Origin: Hydrolagus colliei
Lineage: Eukaryota
Reading direction: 5' to 3'
DNA: 64,000 bases
Assembly: GCA_035084275.1 (NCBI GenBank)
Contig: CM068768.1
Coordinates: 7,626,001 to 7,690,000, forward strand
The translations under genes were made by a program, and so were the position numbers. The notes under the pieces were generated by a model. That model ran no database searches and was not told the DNA's origin. It saw only the letters and a program-made list of their open reading frames with translations. Positions 13,853 through 26,176 of this stretch are shown here, in pieces (positions within the stretch are counted from its first letter, which is position 1; each line of letters starts with the position of its first letter).

Positions 13853-15268
13853 AGAGGCCAGGCTGTTTGCGTTCGTGAATAGTAATCCTGATAAGGTTTA
13901 ACTGTAGCGTTTATTAGATTGTGGGATGACTCAATCCTATGTTGCCATCATCTGTTGATGTAAGCACTATTTTTGTAGAGATAACCCATCTCCACCAGCA
14001 GCTGCTATTCAATGGAGTCTATATTTAGTGTTGCTTTTCAAGAGATTACAATAGTTCTAAAGTAGGTAATCTATCCATAGTACATTAATAATCCTTCTCT
14101 AACAATTATATGTATTCAGAAAAGTAATCCTCCGTTTGGAGGTGCTGCATTTTGCTGGTCTTTTTACCAAAATTATAATAATAGTTTAAATCATCCTTGC
14201 AGTTTTTGCAATTTGCACATGTTGGAAAAAGCAAGCAGGTAACATGTGATTGCATCTCTCGCTTTCTTAACTCAAATTAAGTTTTACTCTGTGGTGAAAT
14301 CTGAATTGCAAACTTTAACATCCACTGTGTATTGTGTTTACAGGACTACATCATGTACAAACTTAATATTGTGGTGTTGGTTACTTACGGGTGTTCAAAA
14401 CCAACATGTGTGACTTTGTGGGCTTTGCATATCCAAACAGCAATAAAACCCTGAGACAACCCTCGTGAAGGATGTACAGTACTATTGTTTGCTGCAGTGG
14501 TCTAGCTACTGAACATAGTACAGATATTGTATAAAATTAAGAGATGGGCTGAAATGTTTATGGTTTCTAAAGTTCCAGTTGAAACAATAAAATATTTGTG
14601 GTGTTTTTTGTGTGGCCAAGATCAATGGAAATTTCTACCCTGTGGCTGTAAGATGATGTGTCAAGGAATGCTACAATGATGGTTTTCTTGTTAAAATCCA
14701 AGATCCTTATTCCAGGTATTTTTTTCCTGTTGGGTGGCAGGGATGGGGCAGAATGATTAAAAAAAATAAAGAATGCTCCTCTGGAGTTTTAAACTATCAA
14801 CATACTTGAGCAATGGATAAGCAGATACATCAAGTTGAAAATAATTAAGCTGCTCATCATCTCACTTTTGGAAATAGCGCATAAATTCTTAATCCAACCA
14901 AAAGCCTGAACAACCTGTTATCCAGAAATGATTTGTAAAATTTGTAGTGTGTTCTAAATCGCCTGCCAACATTTGTATATTACCCATTCTATAACTTGTA
15001 TTCTTTCCCCTTGTTTTTTTGCGTGGCTGCTTGCCTTTTCCATTAGGTTGGGAGAAGACTAGAATTCATTTTTGTGTGTTAATCAGCAATATTGTCTGAT
15101 GTGTAGTTGTGCAAAGGTGCACTTGGAAAAACTAGTCCAGTACTTAGGAAATACTATCTTCTATCTTTGTGAAGTAGCAGTGAAGGGGATTTTACTAATT
15201 TTCTATTCATGTTACAGTCTTAACTAGAAGACATGAAAAGTGCTATATCAAATGAAAGAATTATTAAT

Positions 15269-15455
15269 ACAACAACAACTTGCACTTATATAGTGCCCTC
15301 CATGCTGTGTCTCAGAACACTTAACAAGTGGCTAAGCCTGAGTCGAAGCCCAGCGGGATGGGAAGGGGTTGGAGGCAGGTTGCCATAAGCATGGTCGAAG
15401 AGGAAAGTTTTCAGGCAGGACTTTAATGGGGAGAGATGGGGCGAGGCGGAGGGAT
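15269..15455 (-). mobile_element. L2-clade LINE 3' fragment
   Basis: (CAA)n tail; minus-strand translation includes LKSCLKTFLFDHAY. Confidence 0.7.
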
Positions 15456-17121
15456 TGACGGATAGTATTATTAGTATTATTAACATTTCAACTTTCGATC
15501 GTCTTTGAAATTGTTGAGAAATAGGATTCGATCTCAAAGCTGTAAACAAAAACCTGAGGAAGATAGTTGAATCAGGGATAGCTTACAATTTCGTAAGCTG
15601 CAATGAATTGGAACTTGCTGTGAATCCAATGAATTGGATCTTGGCTCTTTTTCATGTTATTATCTATAGATAGTATAATATTTAAGATTTATGACTCTTG
15701 CAACAATTTATGTGTGTTTTCAACTGATTTTTCACTTATGGAGGGGTTTGTGGAGTTCAACCATGCGTTTAGGAGGGTTAGGTAGAAATTTGTCTGGTGA
15801 AGGATGCCTTCCTGCACAACATCCAACCAGGTTAAACCAGAAAGAAGCATGTGGCGTGGTATCCATTGACATAATCTTGATTAGACTATCTAATTTCACC
15901 TTTCTAATGTTGTGTGCGTGTGTGTGTATATGTGACCCTAAGGGTAGAGCTAGAAACTGAACAATATTTCTCAAAATAGGGGCAAACATATAAACAGCAT
16001 ATGTGTTACCACTATTGGTTTCACTTAGATGTAGTCAATTCACTTTACAGTATATTCTAGGAAGCACTTTGAGATGTCTTGAAGACGTGATAAGGTGCTT
16101 TATCAAATGCGAGAAGTGGTATTATTATTATGTTCCCTGCACAGTATGTTATTATTGTAATTGGAATAGATTTTAAAAACGCTGAAATACTGAGCTTGGG
16201 AAGAAATGCCTTAAATATAAAAGAAACAAAGAAAGGTTGTTTATCATTGATCATTTTGATTATTTTTAGAGGAATTACATCCGAGTTTCTAATGAGTGAT
16301 TCTGAAATGCCCAGAAGATGAGGACTGCACATAAAAACAACAGATTTATTAACTGCTTTCCCTTTCACCTGAGAAAATAATTATTCACACGGCATACATG
16401 TCTCCTTTTTGATAGTTCCCCCCCCTTTACCAAGATTTCTACTTAATACTGTATTTAAAGTACATTATTATTGTTTTAAATTAATTTTTGAAAATTATTT
16501 TTAACTTTTATTCGATTAATTTTAATATTTCCCCATACGTAATGGGGAAATTTGTCTCATGACCGTGTGTCAACCTGGGAATGATTACAATTGAACTAAG
16601 CAATGTGCGTGTGAAAATTCCAAGACCAGTCCTAGGCTGGTGCTGATATCAGTCAGATACTAGTTAGCCATACAGTTGGCCTGAGTGTTCTGAGCTAAGG
16701 AGGGAAAAAAATCAGTCAGCATTTCATCTGACTAGTTTATCAATTGTATAGACTTTCAAGAGATCGTTGAGATTGAAATATTTTTGTATGATAGCTCTGG
16801 AAAATTTGTGACAAGAATTTGTAAAAAAAAATCCATTTTGTCTTGCCTGGCAAAGTACCTTTGGGGGAAGATATATGAAGTAGGGAACGGCGATATATCG
16901 TTATATCGGTAAAACCGATATGATTTTCATATCAGTATGCCGATATAGACATTATAAAAATACCGATATATCGAAAAACGGTATATCGAGGTAAAAAATC
17001 GGGATGCGAGCACAATCAACTACAAGACCCAGAATGCTCATCTCTATACACAATGCACAGACCGAGGTGCAAAGCCGCCATCTTGTATTCATAGTCCTTG
17101 AATACATAATACAGGTATGCA

Positions 17122-18110
17122 AGGGGTGGGGAAGAGAGACGGCTGTGGGTGGGGGGGGTGAGGCGGAGAGAGACTGCTGGGGGTGGGGGGTGAGGGGGAG
17201 AGAGACAGCTGGGAGGGGGAGAGAGACGGCTGGGGGGAGGGGGAGATAGACGGCTAGGGGGGGTAGAGGGGGAGAGAGACGGCTGGGGGGGGGAGGAGAG
17301 GGGGAGAGAGACGGCTGGGGGGGGGAGGAGAGGGGGAGAGAGACGGCTGGGGAGAGGAGGAGAGGGGGAGAGAGACGGCTGGGGGGAGGGGGAGATAGAC
17401 GGCTGCGGGGGGGAGAGGGGAGAGAGACGGCTGTGGGGGGGAGAGAGAGGCGGCTGGGGGGGGGGAGAGGGGAGAGAGACGGCTGGGGGGGGGAGAGGGG
17501 GAGAGAGACGGCTGTGGGGGAGAGGGGGAGAGAGATGGCTCAGGGGGAGAGGGGGAGAGAGATGGCTGGGGGGGAGAGGGGGAGAGAGATGGCTAGGGGG
17601 GAGAGGGGGAGAGAGATGGCTGGGGGGGAGAGGGGGAGAGAGACTGCTGGGGGAGGGAGGGGGAGAGAGACGGCTGGTGGGAGGGGGAGAGAGACGGCTG
17701 GGGGGGGAGGGAGAGAGAGATGGTGGGGGGGGGAGGAGAGGGGGAGAGAGACGGCTGGGGGGAGGGGGAGAGAGACGGCTGGGGGGGGAGGGAGAGAGAG
17801 AAGGTGGGGAGGGGGGAGGAGAGCGGGAGAGAGACGGCTGTGGGGGAGAGGGGGAGAGAGATGGCTGGGGGGGAGAGGGGGAGAGAGATGGCTAGGGGGG
17901 AGAGTGGGAGAGAGACGGCTGGGGGCGGGGGGAGGAGAGGGGGAGAGAGACGTCTGGGGGGAGGGGGAGAGAGACGGCTGGGAGGAGGGGGAGAGAGACG
18001 GCTGGGGGGGAGGGAGAGAGAGACGGGGAGGGAGGGAGAAAGAGACGGCTGGGGGGGTGGTGGGGGAGAGGGTCGATGGGGGGGTGGGGGGGAGAGGTGG
18101 GGTGGATGTG
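17122..18110 (+). repeat. G-rich minisatellite (core GGGGAGAGAGACGGCTGGGG) inside the hAT element
   Basis: Dozens of tandem 20-28 nt units with variable G-run lengths, seen directly. Confidence 0.95.
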
Positions 18111-18256
18111 ATAATATACAGATAGATAGAGATGGGGGGGGATGTGAGAGAGGAGAGAGGGAGAGAGACATAGAGAAACACAGACAGAAAAACACAGAGA
18201 TGGAGAGAGTGAGAGACACAGAGAGAGAAAGATATTTACCTCCTGAGAAGATAGGC

Positions 18257-18330
18257 CCCGAATGCGCGCGCACCCCGAATGCGCGCGCACCCGGAATGCG
18301 CGCGCACTCCGATGCGCGCGCGCATGCGCA
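18257..18330 (+). repeat. Short tandem repeat of a 17-bp unit (cccgaatgcgcgcgcac, about 4 copies) ending in GCGCATGCGC
   Basis: Seen directly near the right end of the hAT element. Confidence 0.85.
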
Positions 18331-19014
18331 GTACGAAAAAACTGAAAAGATCGGTATATCTCGATATGAGCCAACCGATATATCCATATCCGGAAAATTC
18401 CCATATCGCCGTTCCCTAATATGAAGTTGCATAGATTTCAGGTTTTTGGAAGCCGCCAGTGATTACAGTATTCTCCTTGGCAGTCCATGCTGTGGCCTGA
18501 AAGTTTTCTGTCTAATTGCATTATTTTTCTGCTGGAGCCAGTTGCTGCTGTTGTTGTTGCTGTTTTGCCCACAGAATGTACAGTCAATTCACTTTCTCGT
18601 GCATTTTGTGAAGTGTTTTGAGATGTCTCAGAGCTGTGATAAATTGCTATATCAAATGCAAGGATTATTATAAAAGTACATATGTTTATTTATTGTGAAA
18701 CTAGGGTTATATGTTTTATCTTCATAAATTTACTAGTGACCTGAAGATCTGCGTAAGTGAGTTGATCTTGATATTTTGCGGCTGTTAGAAAACTAACACT
18801 TAGGAGGTGTAACCTCCTTTACATTCTGTATTTCCAGCGGATACAGTAGTTGGTTGTAATTTATAGCAGCCAATTCCCATTACAAACTTGCGGTCAGTGT
18901 GCAGTGGCCAGGCAGGCTCAAGTATGAGTTGCTTTTTACTTTTTGAGACCTATTGATTTTGTTCAGTTGGACTGAAAAAGTAAAAAGGCACACTCCCCAA
19001 TCCACCACCCAGTC

Positions 19015-19225
19015 AGTGCCTCCGCCCTACCATCGGAGGTTGTGCTTTCAGCCATAATATCCCCAAACTCTCTCCCTCAAGTGCCTTGGCACTTCCAAGT
19101 CCCGCCTGAAAACCTTCCTCTTTGACCTTGCCTATGGCTACCTCTTTCCGCCACCTTCTCCCTTCTGCCTTGGGACATCCTCCCGAACGTGAAGGGCGCT
19201 CTATAAGTGTAATTTTGTTGTTGTT
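19015..19225 (+). mobile_element. L2-clade LINE 3' fragment; related tails near 31835-31970, 53575-53645, 56185-56255, 21720-21785 (-) and 4615-4680 (-)
   Basis: ctgaaaaccttcctctttgacc, then gccttgggacatcctcccgaacgtgaagggcgctctataag and (TTG)n. Confidence 0.75.
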
Positions 19226-20977
19226 CCGGATCTGCACTGCACTGTTGAGCTCCCTGAGACACCGCCTGGCGTGGAGGGCATTGTTCAACGCATATTTTGA
19301 GAAAATGATTGAGTCAGTCTTGTTTGGAGCACACAATTGTAGTTTGTATTGATTGAGAGAGGCGCCTTGAGAAAAGATGTTCATAATCATGCTGTGATTC
19401 AGAATAGCTTCTTACCTTCTTGTCGCTGACATAAGAAGCATTGGCACATGAACAGCGTTATTTTTGTGTTCCACCCTAGCATGACTGCTCCAAATGTCCC
19501 GCTGCTCTCAATTTGAGCACAGCAGGAATACACTTGTTCCTCGGCTTATGACAATATCACTCTGAGAATTGGGCTCAGATCAGGTACTGATTGTTATGTA
19601 TTTTCGCAGGTAATCCAATGTTGGTAGCACACTACAAGGCCACTACAGTCAGCTATTTTGTTTTATATATACACATATAAATATACATATATGTATCATA
19701 TATATAGAATGTCTAAATTCCTTTGAGTTCCAAATAGTGCTGCAGCTTTTGTGCATGTGGTAACCCTAACCCCAATTGGCAGGAGTGTGAGAAATCTGAA
19801 TATATCCAGCAGTTTATTTAAACCTTACCCGAATGATGAAAGAAAGTCAACCAGAAATAGCTGGTACTGATCTTGATTGACTTATGGTGATTGTTGGGCC
19901 ACCTCTGCCCATCCACACTTTGCCTTGTTTATCACCACCTCACAGTGATATGAATATGGTGAGCAGCATGTTAGCTTAACCCTCCAGGCAAACTCTACTC
20001 CATCTAAGATGTGCAGAATAGCTCCGATGGCAGTACATTTCAAAGCAGTCGTATATTTTAAGATTCAGCTCTAAACTGCTCAAAATAGGCTCTCGCAGTT
20101 CGACCCCTGCAAGTGTTCATTATTGCTCTTTATTTTTTTTATTGTTTTTTTTAATTACTGCAAATGTTCATCGCCAGAAACTTTGCAACACTGCCAAGTA
20201 TCTGCTGTTAACAGCTGTGTATTTACCTTGTGATCATTAAGTCTGTAACCTTCGTTGTCAGAACGGGGACCTTGTAGATAGCTCCAGGGGGGAAAAAAAC
20301 TTTTGTGATGGAAAAGAAGATAGCAAGTATTATATAATTCTTCCTTGGGCATTTTGAAGAATATTCCATATGCTGTTTTATATTTGAGCAGAAAGGAATG
20401 ATTTAAATATGAGCACAGGGTCTGTATGTCCGCGAGACTTGATCGTAAACTTGAGTTTGTATTCTGCAAAGAACAGAGAGAGTACCAGTGAGCCAGCTCC
20501 TACACCATAAGATGAATAACACATTAATCCGGAAGGTTGTTGGCCAAGACACTGACAGAAGTTCGCTTCTCTTTTTGAGTATTGAAGTAGAGATGTGAAT
20601 ATCCGCCTCAACAAGGAGATGGGAAACTCAGTTTAACATCTTATCTGAAGGACAGCATCTCCAATATCGTAGATCAGAGTGTTAGCTTAGGCTCTGAGCT
20701 CACATTGTGGCCTAGGCCACAGCGCCAGTTTAAAACACAAAAGGCCATTTGGTCCATCATGGAGGACTTGAACCTACAACCTTCTGACCCAGAGATGCGA
20801 GTACTCAGCCACTTCTCACTTTTTGGCAGCTTTGTAGCCACGACACTTCACGATGCAAAGTTGCACCTCGGTAAATACACATCGCAATTGCCGAAAAAAA
20901 CCTGCCACACGGGGTGATACAATGGCTCCAAATCGTGTTGAAATGCAATTGTTAGGTTTGTGGTTTCTCGTCCACAG

Positions 20978-21222
20978 CGGTTGAAGTGAAGTCCTCCTTA
21001 CCCGTGACCATGCAGACCGCTGCACCCGTCGACCTGCGGACCGACGGCAGAATTCCGATCAGCAACATGGACCCCGTTCTCCGCGAGCAACAGCTGCAGC
21101 ACGAACTGCTGGTGCTCAAACAGCAACAACAGATCCAGAAGCAGCTGTTATTTGCTGAGTTCCAAAAACAGCACGAGCACCTGACGAGGCAGCACGAGGT
21201 GCAGATTCAGGAACACCTCAAG
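20978..21222 (+). CDS. HDAC5: HDAC5 exon: VEVKSSLP...PVDLR...[47 protein letters not shown] (CtBP motif, Gln-rich domain)
   Basis: Acceptor tccacag|CG (phase 1), donor AAG|gtatcc; class IIa Gln-rich helix. Confidence 0.95.
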
Positions 21223-22324
21223 GTATCCCCTCTTCTCCTCCTGATTTAGCTCATCTGCAATGATGTATTCGGGTTACAATAGCATCTCACTTCAGACTGA
21301 TTCTCAGGGGGTGTGTGGGGGGAATAAAATTTGCCAAGAGTTCCCTATTCCCACAGCCTTTGTACAGTAAACTCCTGGATACTCCATACTCAAAGGATGA
21401 AGGGCTCAGTAATGGGTTGTTATCCAGTATGGCAAGTTAGACATATGTACAAATTCAGAAATAGGTACGGCCAGGATATTGGCAGAGTGGTGACTTGAGA
21501 GGCCGTGACCAATTAAGCTAGAGTTGAGTTACCAGGAGATTACTGTAAGTGCCCGTGACCACTGTGCTCCAACGCCATACACATTGGTTCTAAAGTTGTG
21601 CTATAATGTCGGATTCTCGTAATGTGCCTACTTTAGTGCAAGAAGCAGCTGATTCTGTTCCATCACACTTATGAAAGGATTCAGTATTTAGTGAATCAGA
21701 TTTTGTTGGTGTTTTTTGATAGCAACAAAATTGCATTTGTAGAGTGCCTTCCATGTCAGGAGGACGTCGCGAGGCACTGAACACTAAACACTACTCATCT
21801 GCCAGCTCCACCCACTCAGTGACGGTTTGTGATGATCGTAAAAATTGATTGGTTGTATTAACTCTAACTTGTGAATATGAGGTATTAAAATTGACCTAGT
21901 CAATAAAGAGTCACAAGAGGTCAACAAGCCATACGCACCTGCAGGAAATGATCTCCTTGGTAGCATTTTTCTGTAAAACTTTGCTGCTGTGATGTTTGCA
22001 ATTGCAAGGGTTGCAACTTGTGCAAGTTAGACTTCGGTGATCATGCACGTTTATTATTTCATCTGTAACCTTGTTGAGTTGCTTTCCTCTGACAATTATT
22101 GTACCTGCAACTGGGTAAGCATTCCTTGGCAGTTCAGCAGCCAATTTCTTGGAGCCCTCGCAGTATTTTGTAATGAAGTATAATTTCCCCTTTAATCAAA
22201 CCCAAATAAACTGATGGTAGCATTTAGTGCCTAGGGAACGAAAGCTAATTTGTAATGGAAATACTCAATTGATAAAATGATTCACGCCTCCTGTTTACCT
22301 GGCCATCTATGACATTTTTGCAAG

Positions 22325-22469
22325 CAACAACAGGAGATCCTGGCAGCAAAGCGCCATCAAGAATTGGAACAGCAACGCAAGCTGGAACTACAGCGACATG
22401 AAGAGTTGGAGAAACAGAAGCTGGAGCAGCAGCTGCTTATGCTTCGCAACAAAGAGAAAGGCAAAGAAA
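22325..22469 (+). CDS. HDAC5: HDAC5 exon: QQQEILAAKRHQELEQQRKLELQRHEELEKQKLEQQLLMLRNKEKGKE
   Basis: Acceptor tttgcaag| (alternative CAG 9 nt downstream), donor A|gtaagg; 145 nt. Confidence 0.93.
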
Positions 22470-23732
22470 GTAAGGAAACTTCTGACTGGGTCTGTACTGA
22501 AGGGTTTGTTGCCGCATGAGCTTGCAATACCTCAAGCAGTGTTGAAAGCAGAGCAGTCACCTCCTGCTCCCTTTCCGAGCTTGGTATTCAAGTTCCACTG
22601 ACGTGGCAGTGAGGGAATCGCACACCCTGCTGGTACAAGCTCGTCTGTAGCTTAGCAGAGTCAGGGAGGTATTCACATTCAAAGAATGATCTCGTATTTT
22701 AAGCCTTGGAAGTTTTTACCGTAACTTCTGATGCATTTCCATCCTATGATGGAAAAGTACATTCAAATAAATGTTAGCATTTGATTTTCAGTTGGCAGAA
22801 TTATGGTCGTAGTTTTGTTTCTTTACTCCCAACATTTAATTTGTTTGACATGGTCAGTCCATCACCTGCCAAAGCTGCTGAAAGAAGCTTCTATCAGCCC
22901 AGTTCTCAATTTATCCACTAGGTGGTACAGTGCATTGGTGATCTGAATAATTCACTGATATTTCTCTGTTGTTAATACTGTTGGATGTTAGACTCGTCAT
23001 AGGAGAAAACCTACATTACGAAGCATTGAACTCCTAATAGCATGATCAAACAATACAAAGCAACAAGTAAAATTTTAGTGATTTCTTTTATTTAACATAG
23101 AAAAATGGTTCAGTTGTATGGCTGCCTAAGAAATGTGCGTACATATAGATACCAAGCACAATCTGAATTAATTGCATTCAAATAAGTGGTATCTCCATTA
23201 TCAGAATGCAGGCAGAGTGAATTGATGCCTGAATAAATATTCTCTTTGAATGATTTTTCCTACCAATAGGGTTCCTATTAATTGGCATGTATTGTATTAC
23301 CAAAATAAATTCCCCATGCTTCTAATTGAGGACATTCGAAGGAAACTAATATAGTAAGGATATCCAGTTTGTCTTTGTGCACTTGAGCTTACTAATTTAT
23401 TTCCTTTTTGCATTTCTTTATTGATAAATCCATGTGAATCAATTATACAGTTTTTTTAAATAAAAATAGCTAGCCTTAGTTTGTTTTGAAGTTTAATTCC
23501 AAATAATGAGAAAAGCCTTCATTTAAACAGTAATAGGCAGTCCATATGGTTAAAGGGAAAAAAATACAACTGGTTGAGGGCCATTTGAAACGCATGCAGA
23601 TGATCAAGAAAACTAGCATTGGCATTTGGTGTGCAAAGTGTTACATTCCAATAAATAATTGTGACTGTGTGAAGCCAGTTTATTTCTTGAAGCAATTGTA
23701 CATTCTCACATAAGATATTTTTTTGTCTGCAG

Positions 23733-23850
23733 GTGCAATAGCCAGTACAGAGGTCAAACTAAAACTTCAAGAGTTCTTGTTAAGTAAAACCGCAAAGGAC
23801 TCCACAACAAGTGGACTGAATCATTCCCTCCCCAACCATCCCAAATGCTG
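23733..23850 (+). CDS. HDAC5: HDAC5 exon: [19 protein letters not shown]...[11 protein letters not shown] (MEF2-binding motif)
   Basis: Acceptor tctgcag|, donor TG|gtatgt; class IIa MEF2-binding helix. Confidence 0.96.
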
Positions 23851-24430
23851 GTATGTATGTGCACATTCAACTGGTGTTGTGCCTGTGTATGGATCGACTT
23901 GTCAGCATTTAACCCTTAATATTCAGAACAAATAAGACTTCTATTTCAAGCCAACCAAAAAAAACTCTTAAGGAATAATGATATATATTTTAAGCCATTA
24001 CCATTTTGCTTAGAAATTTAATCTTGAGCTGAGTAATAATAAATACAGATAATATGATAATGTATATTTTAAGTAATATATAACTAATTTGCTTACAGTG
24101 CTCACTTGTAGGTTTTGTTTGGGATTTGTTATAATACATGAATAATAGTCTGTAAGTGCATATGCTGTTAGAGATAGAAATATTAGCAACAGAGGGAGGA
24201 GTTGCAAATTTAGTTTAATTTATTTAAGACCAGGTAATATCTGAAGACTGGTTTAAAATTTAATTTTTCTTGCAAGTATTGCTTTTGTCTGAATTAGCTT
24301 GCATGTTCTATATTCATATATTTCAGAATAGGGAGAATTTATTGACAGGCAAGATAGTTGAACCGTGTGAAAGGTTTGTGGTATTGTGTGTTTTGAGTCC
24401 TGATTGATGTGGGACTTTCGCTTGTTCAAG

Positions 24431-24552
24431 GGGAGCTCACCATGCCTCACTCGACCAGAGTTCCCCACCCCAGAGCACGACACCTCCCACCTACAAAGGC
24501 GCTTTGCTGGGATCCTACGATGGAAAAGACGATTTTCCACTTCGAAAAACCG
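24431..24552 (+). CDS. HDAC5: HDAC5 exon: [40 protein letters not shown]
   Basis: Acceptor gttcaag|, donor G|gtgaga; HDAC5-type [15 protein letters not shown]. Confidence 0.95.
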
Positions 24553-26044
24553 GTGAGAACGTTGGCCAATAATGCCATTTATGTTGACAAGTACTTCATA
24601 AGAGCTGGAAAGTGACAAACCACCTTCATAGCGCTCCCAAGATATCTCCAGATGTTTTTGTCCGAGTCAGTTCAGGTTAAATGTGTGGACTAGAGACAGT
24701 CCCGATTAAATTAAAATATGTTCTTGGCCAATAACATTCGCAGCACAAAAGGAGGCTATTTGGTCCTTTGTGCCTATACTGCTGCTTGGTCTCCATTTAC
24801 TTATGTTATAATACTCCATTACGTGATTCTTAGCTGGGAACTATTACTCCCTTCAAGAAAATTATGGAAACTTTCCAAAACAAGAGTGTTTTAGTGGTTC
24901 TGTTGGGCGGGTTGAGAGGGATAGTTTGGCTCTATTTGACATACATTTATTTAAATGTCTGTCATACGAAGTATGGAGGACATTGAAATACAGTAGAATC
25001 TTTGTTGTAGCTACAAGTCTTGTAAATTTAATCGTTCAGATCATATGGATCGGTAAACGTAACGCTTTATTTAAAATCCAGAAACCGAATAAAGTCAGTA
25101 ATCCTCTGCCAAAGCAATGGAACAAACTCCTATTCTTCAAATTAATTCATTGATTGTCAGTTATAGCTGCACCTGATCTGCTCTCAGACTACTGATACTG
25201 TGCTGCCGAATGTAAACACAAGAGGAACTTATTGGCTTTTGAAGCATAACATACAATCTGAATATTTGTATTCTCAGAAAGTCAAATTGATCTTGTTTCG
25301 GGACAGATCAAATGAGAGAACATTTTGTGAGAGTGTAAATGTTACTTGTGCTGACAATTTACTGATTAAGCAGCAATTCTTTTGTTGGCGCAAGGAATAT
25401 GGGGCCTAATTTTAATCTCCTATGGCTGTTGCTGGTACCAATTGCACTGGCGTTTTTGCTTTCGCGCATCTCACAACGCAATGTTCTTTTAAGTGATCTA
25501 GCTGCACTTTAAAACATACCTTAAAGGCATTTTCCCAAAACTAATTTTTGAGTAGTTGTGTGATCATAAGGGAGAAAATTTACGCAGTTCTCAAAATAAG
25601 TCTTGAGGAACCTCAATGACATTGACATCGAAGAGTGAAACCTCCTGATTCACTGTTGCTCATGCTAATTTGGGTTTGATATACATGAATAACATGGTAG
25701 GAGAAAAGTAGCTCAAAGCATCATTTAAAAGATTCCTCAAGTGCGTGTTTTTTGGAAAAAAAAAACACTGGTGTGATTTGGGGTTGAGCAATTGCATCTT
25801 GACTCTTATTAATTGGGACAGCATGGACTATAATTTGCCCTAAATGTATGCTTTCACACAATAATTTGGTAGCATTTAATTTAAAGATTATGCAATAGAT
25901 CTCCTTTCTCCCGCTTCAGAGAGAGAGAAAAAAAAATCTGTAACCGTACTTATCCCGCAACGACTGTTACAACGTAATTGTTTTAAAGCAAAATTGCTCA
26001 AACCTATTTTTCTTTTTTTTTCCCCTCTCTCATCCTAAAAACAG

Positions 26045-26176
26045 CTTCTGAGCCTAATTTAAAGGTACGTTCCCGGTTAAAACAGAAAGTAGCTGAGAGG
26101 AGAAGCAGTCCATTATTGAGGCGGAAAGATGGCACAATAATTAGCACATTCAAGAAGAGAGCTATAGAAATCACAG
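26045..26176 (+). CDS. HDAC5: HDAC5 exon: [44 protein letters not shown] (first 14-3-3 serine and NLS)
   Basis: Acceptor aacag|, donor G|gtaagg; 132 nt, phase 1-1. Confidence 0.97.

Larger units (their letters stand above)
16881..18418. mobile_element. Non-autonomous hAT-superfamily DNA transposon (1538 bp)
   Basis: Perfect 16-bp TIRs TAGGGAACGGCGATAT (16881-16896 and 18403-18418). Perfect 8-bp TSD ATATGAAG (16873-16880 and 18419-18426). Subterminal CGATAT/ATATCG arrays at both ends; no transposase ORF. Confidence 0.9.

Noticed and set aside
17122-18110. Possible CRISPR-like repeat array
   Set aside because: The units are contiguous and degenerate with no unique spacers, and the context is a vertebrate intron.
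17433-18432. Six long overlapping ORFs (up to 279 aa; Gly/Arg/Glu-rich or Pro/Ser/Leu-rich)
   Set aside because: They are translations of the stop-free G-rich minisatellite in the transposon and show no protein-family motifs.
22915-22927. Second CTCF-like motif ccactaggtggta
   Set aside because: It mismatches the conserved GGC end and has no supporting context.
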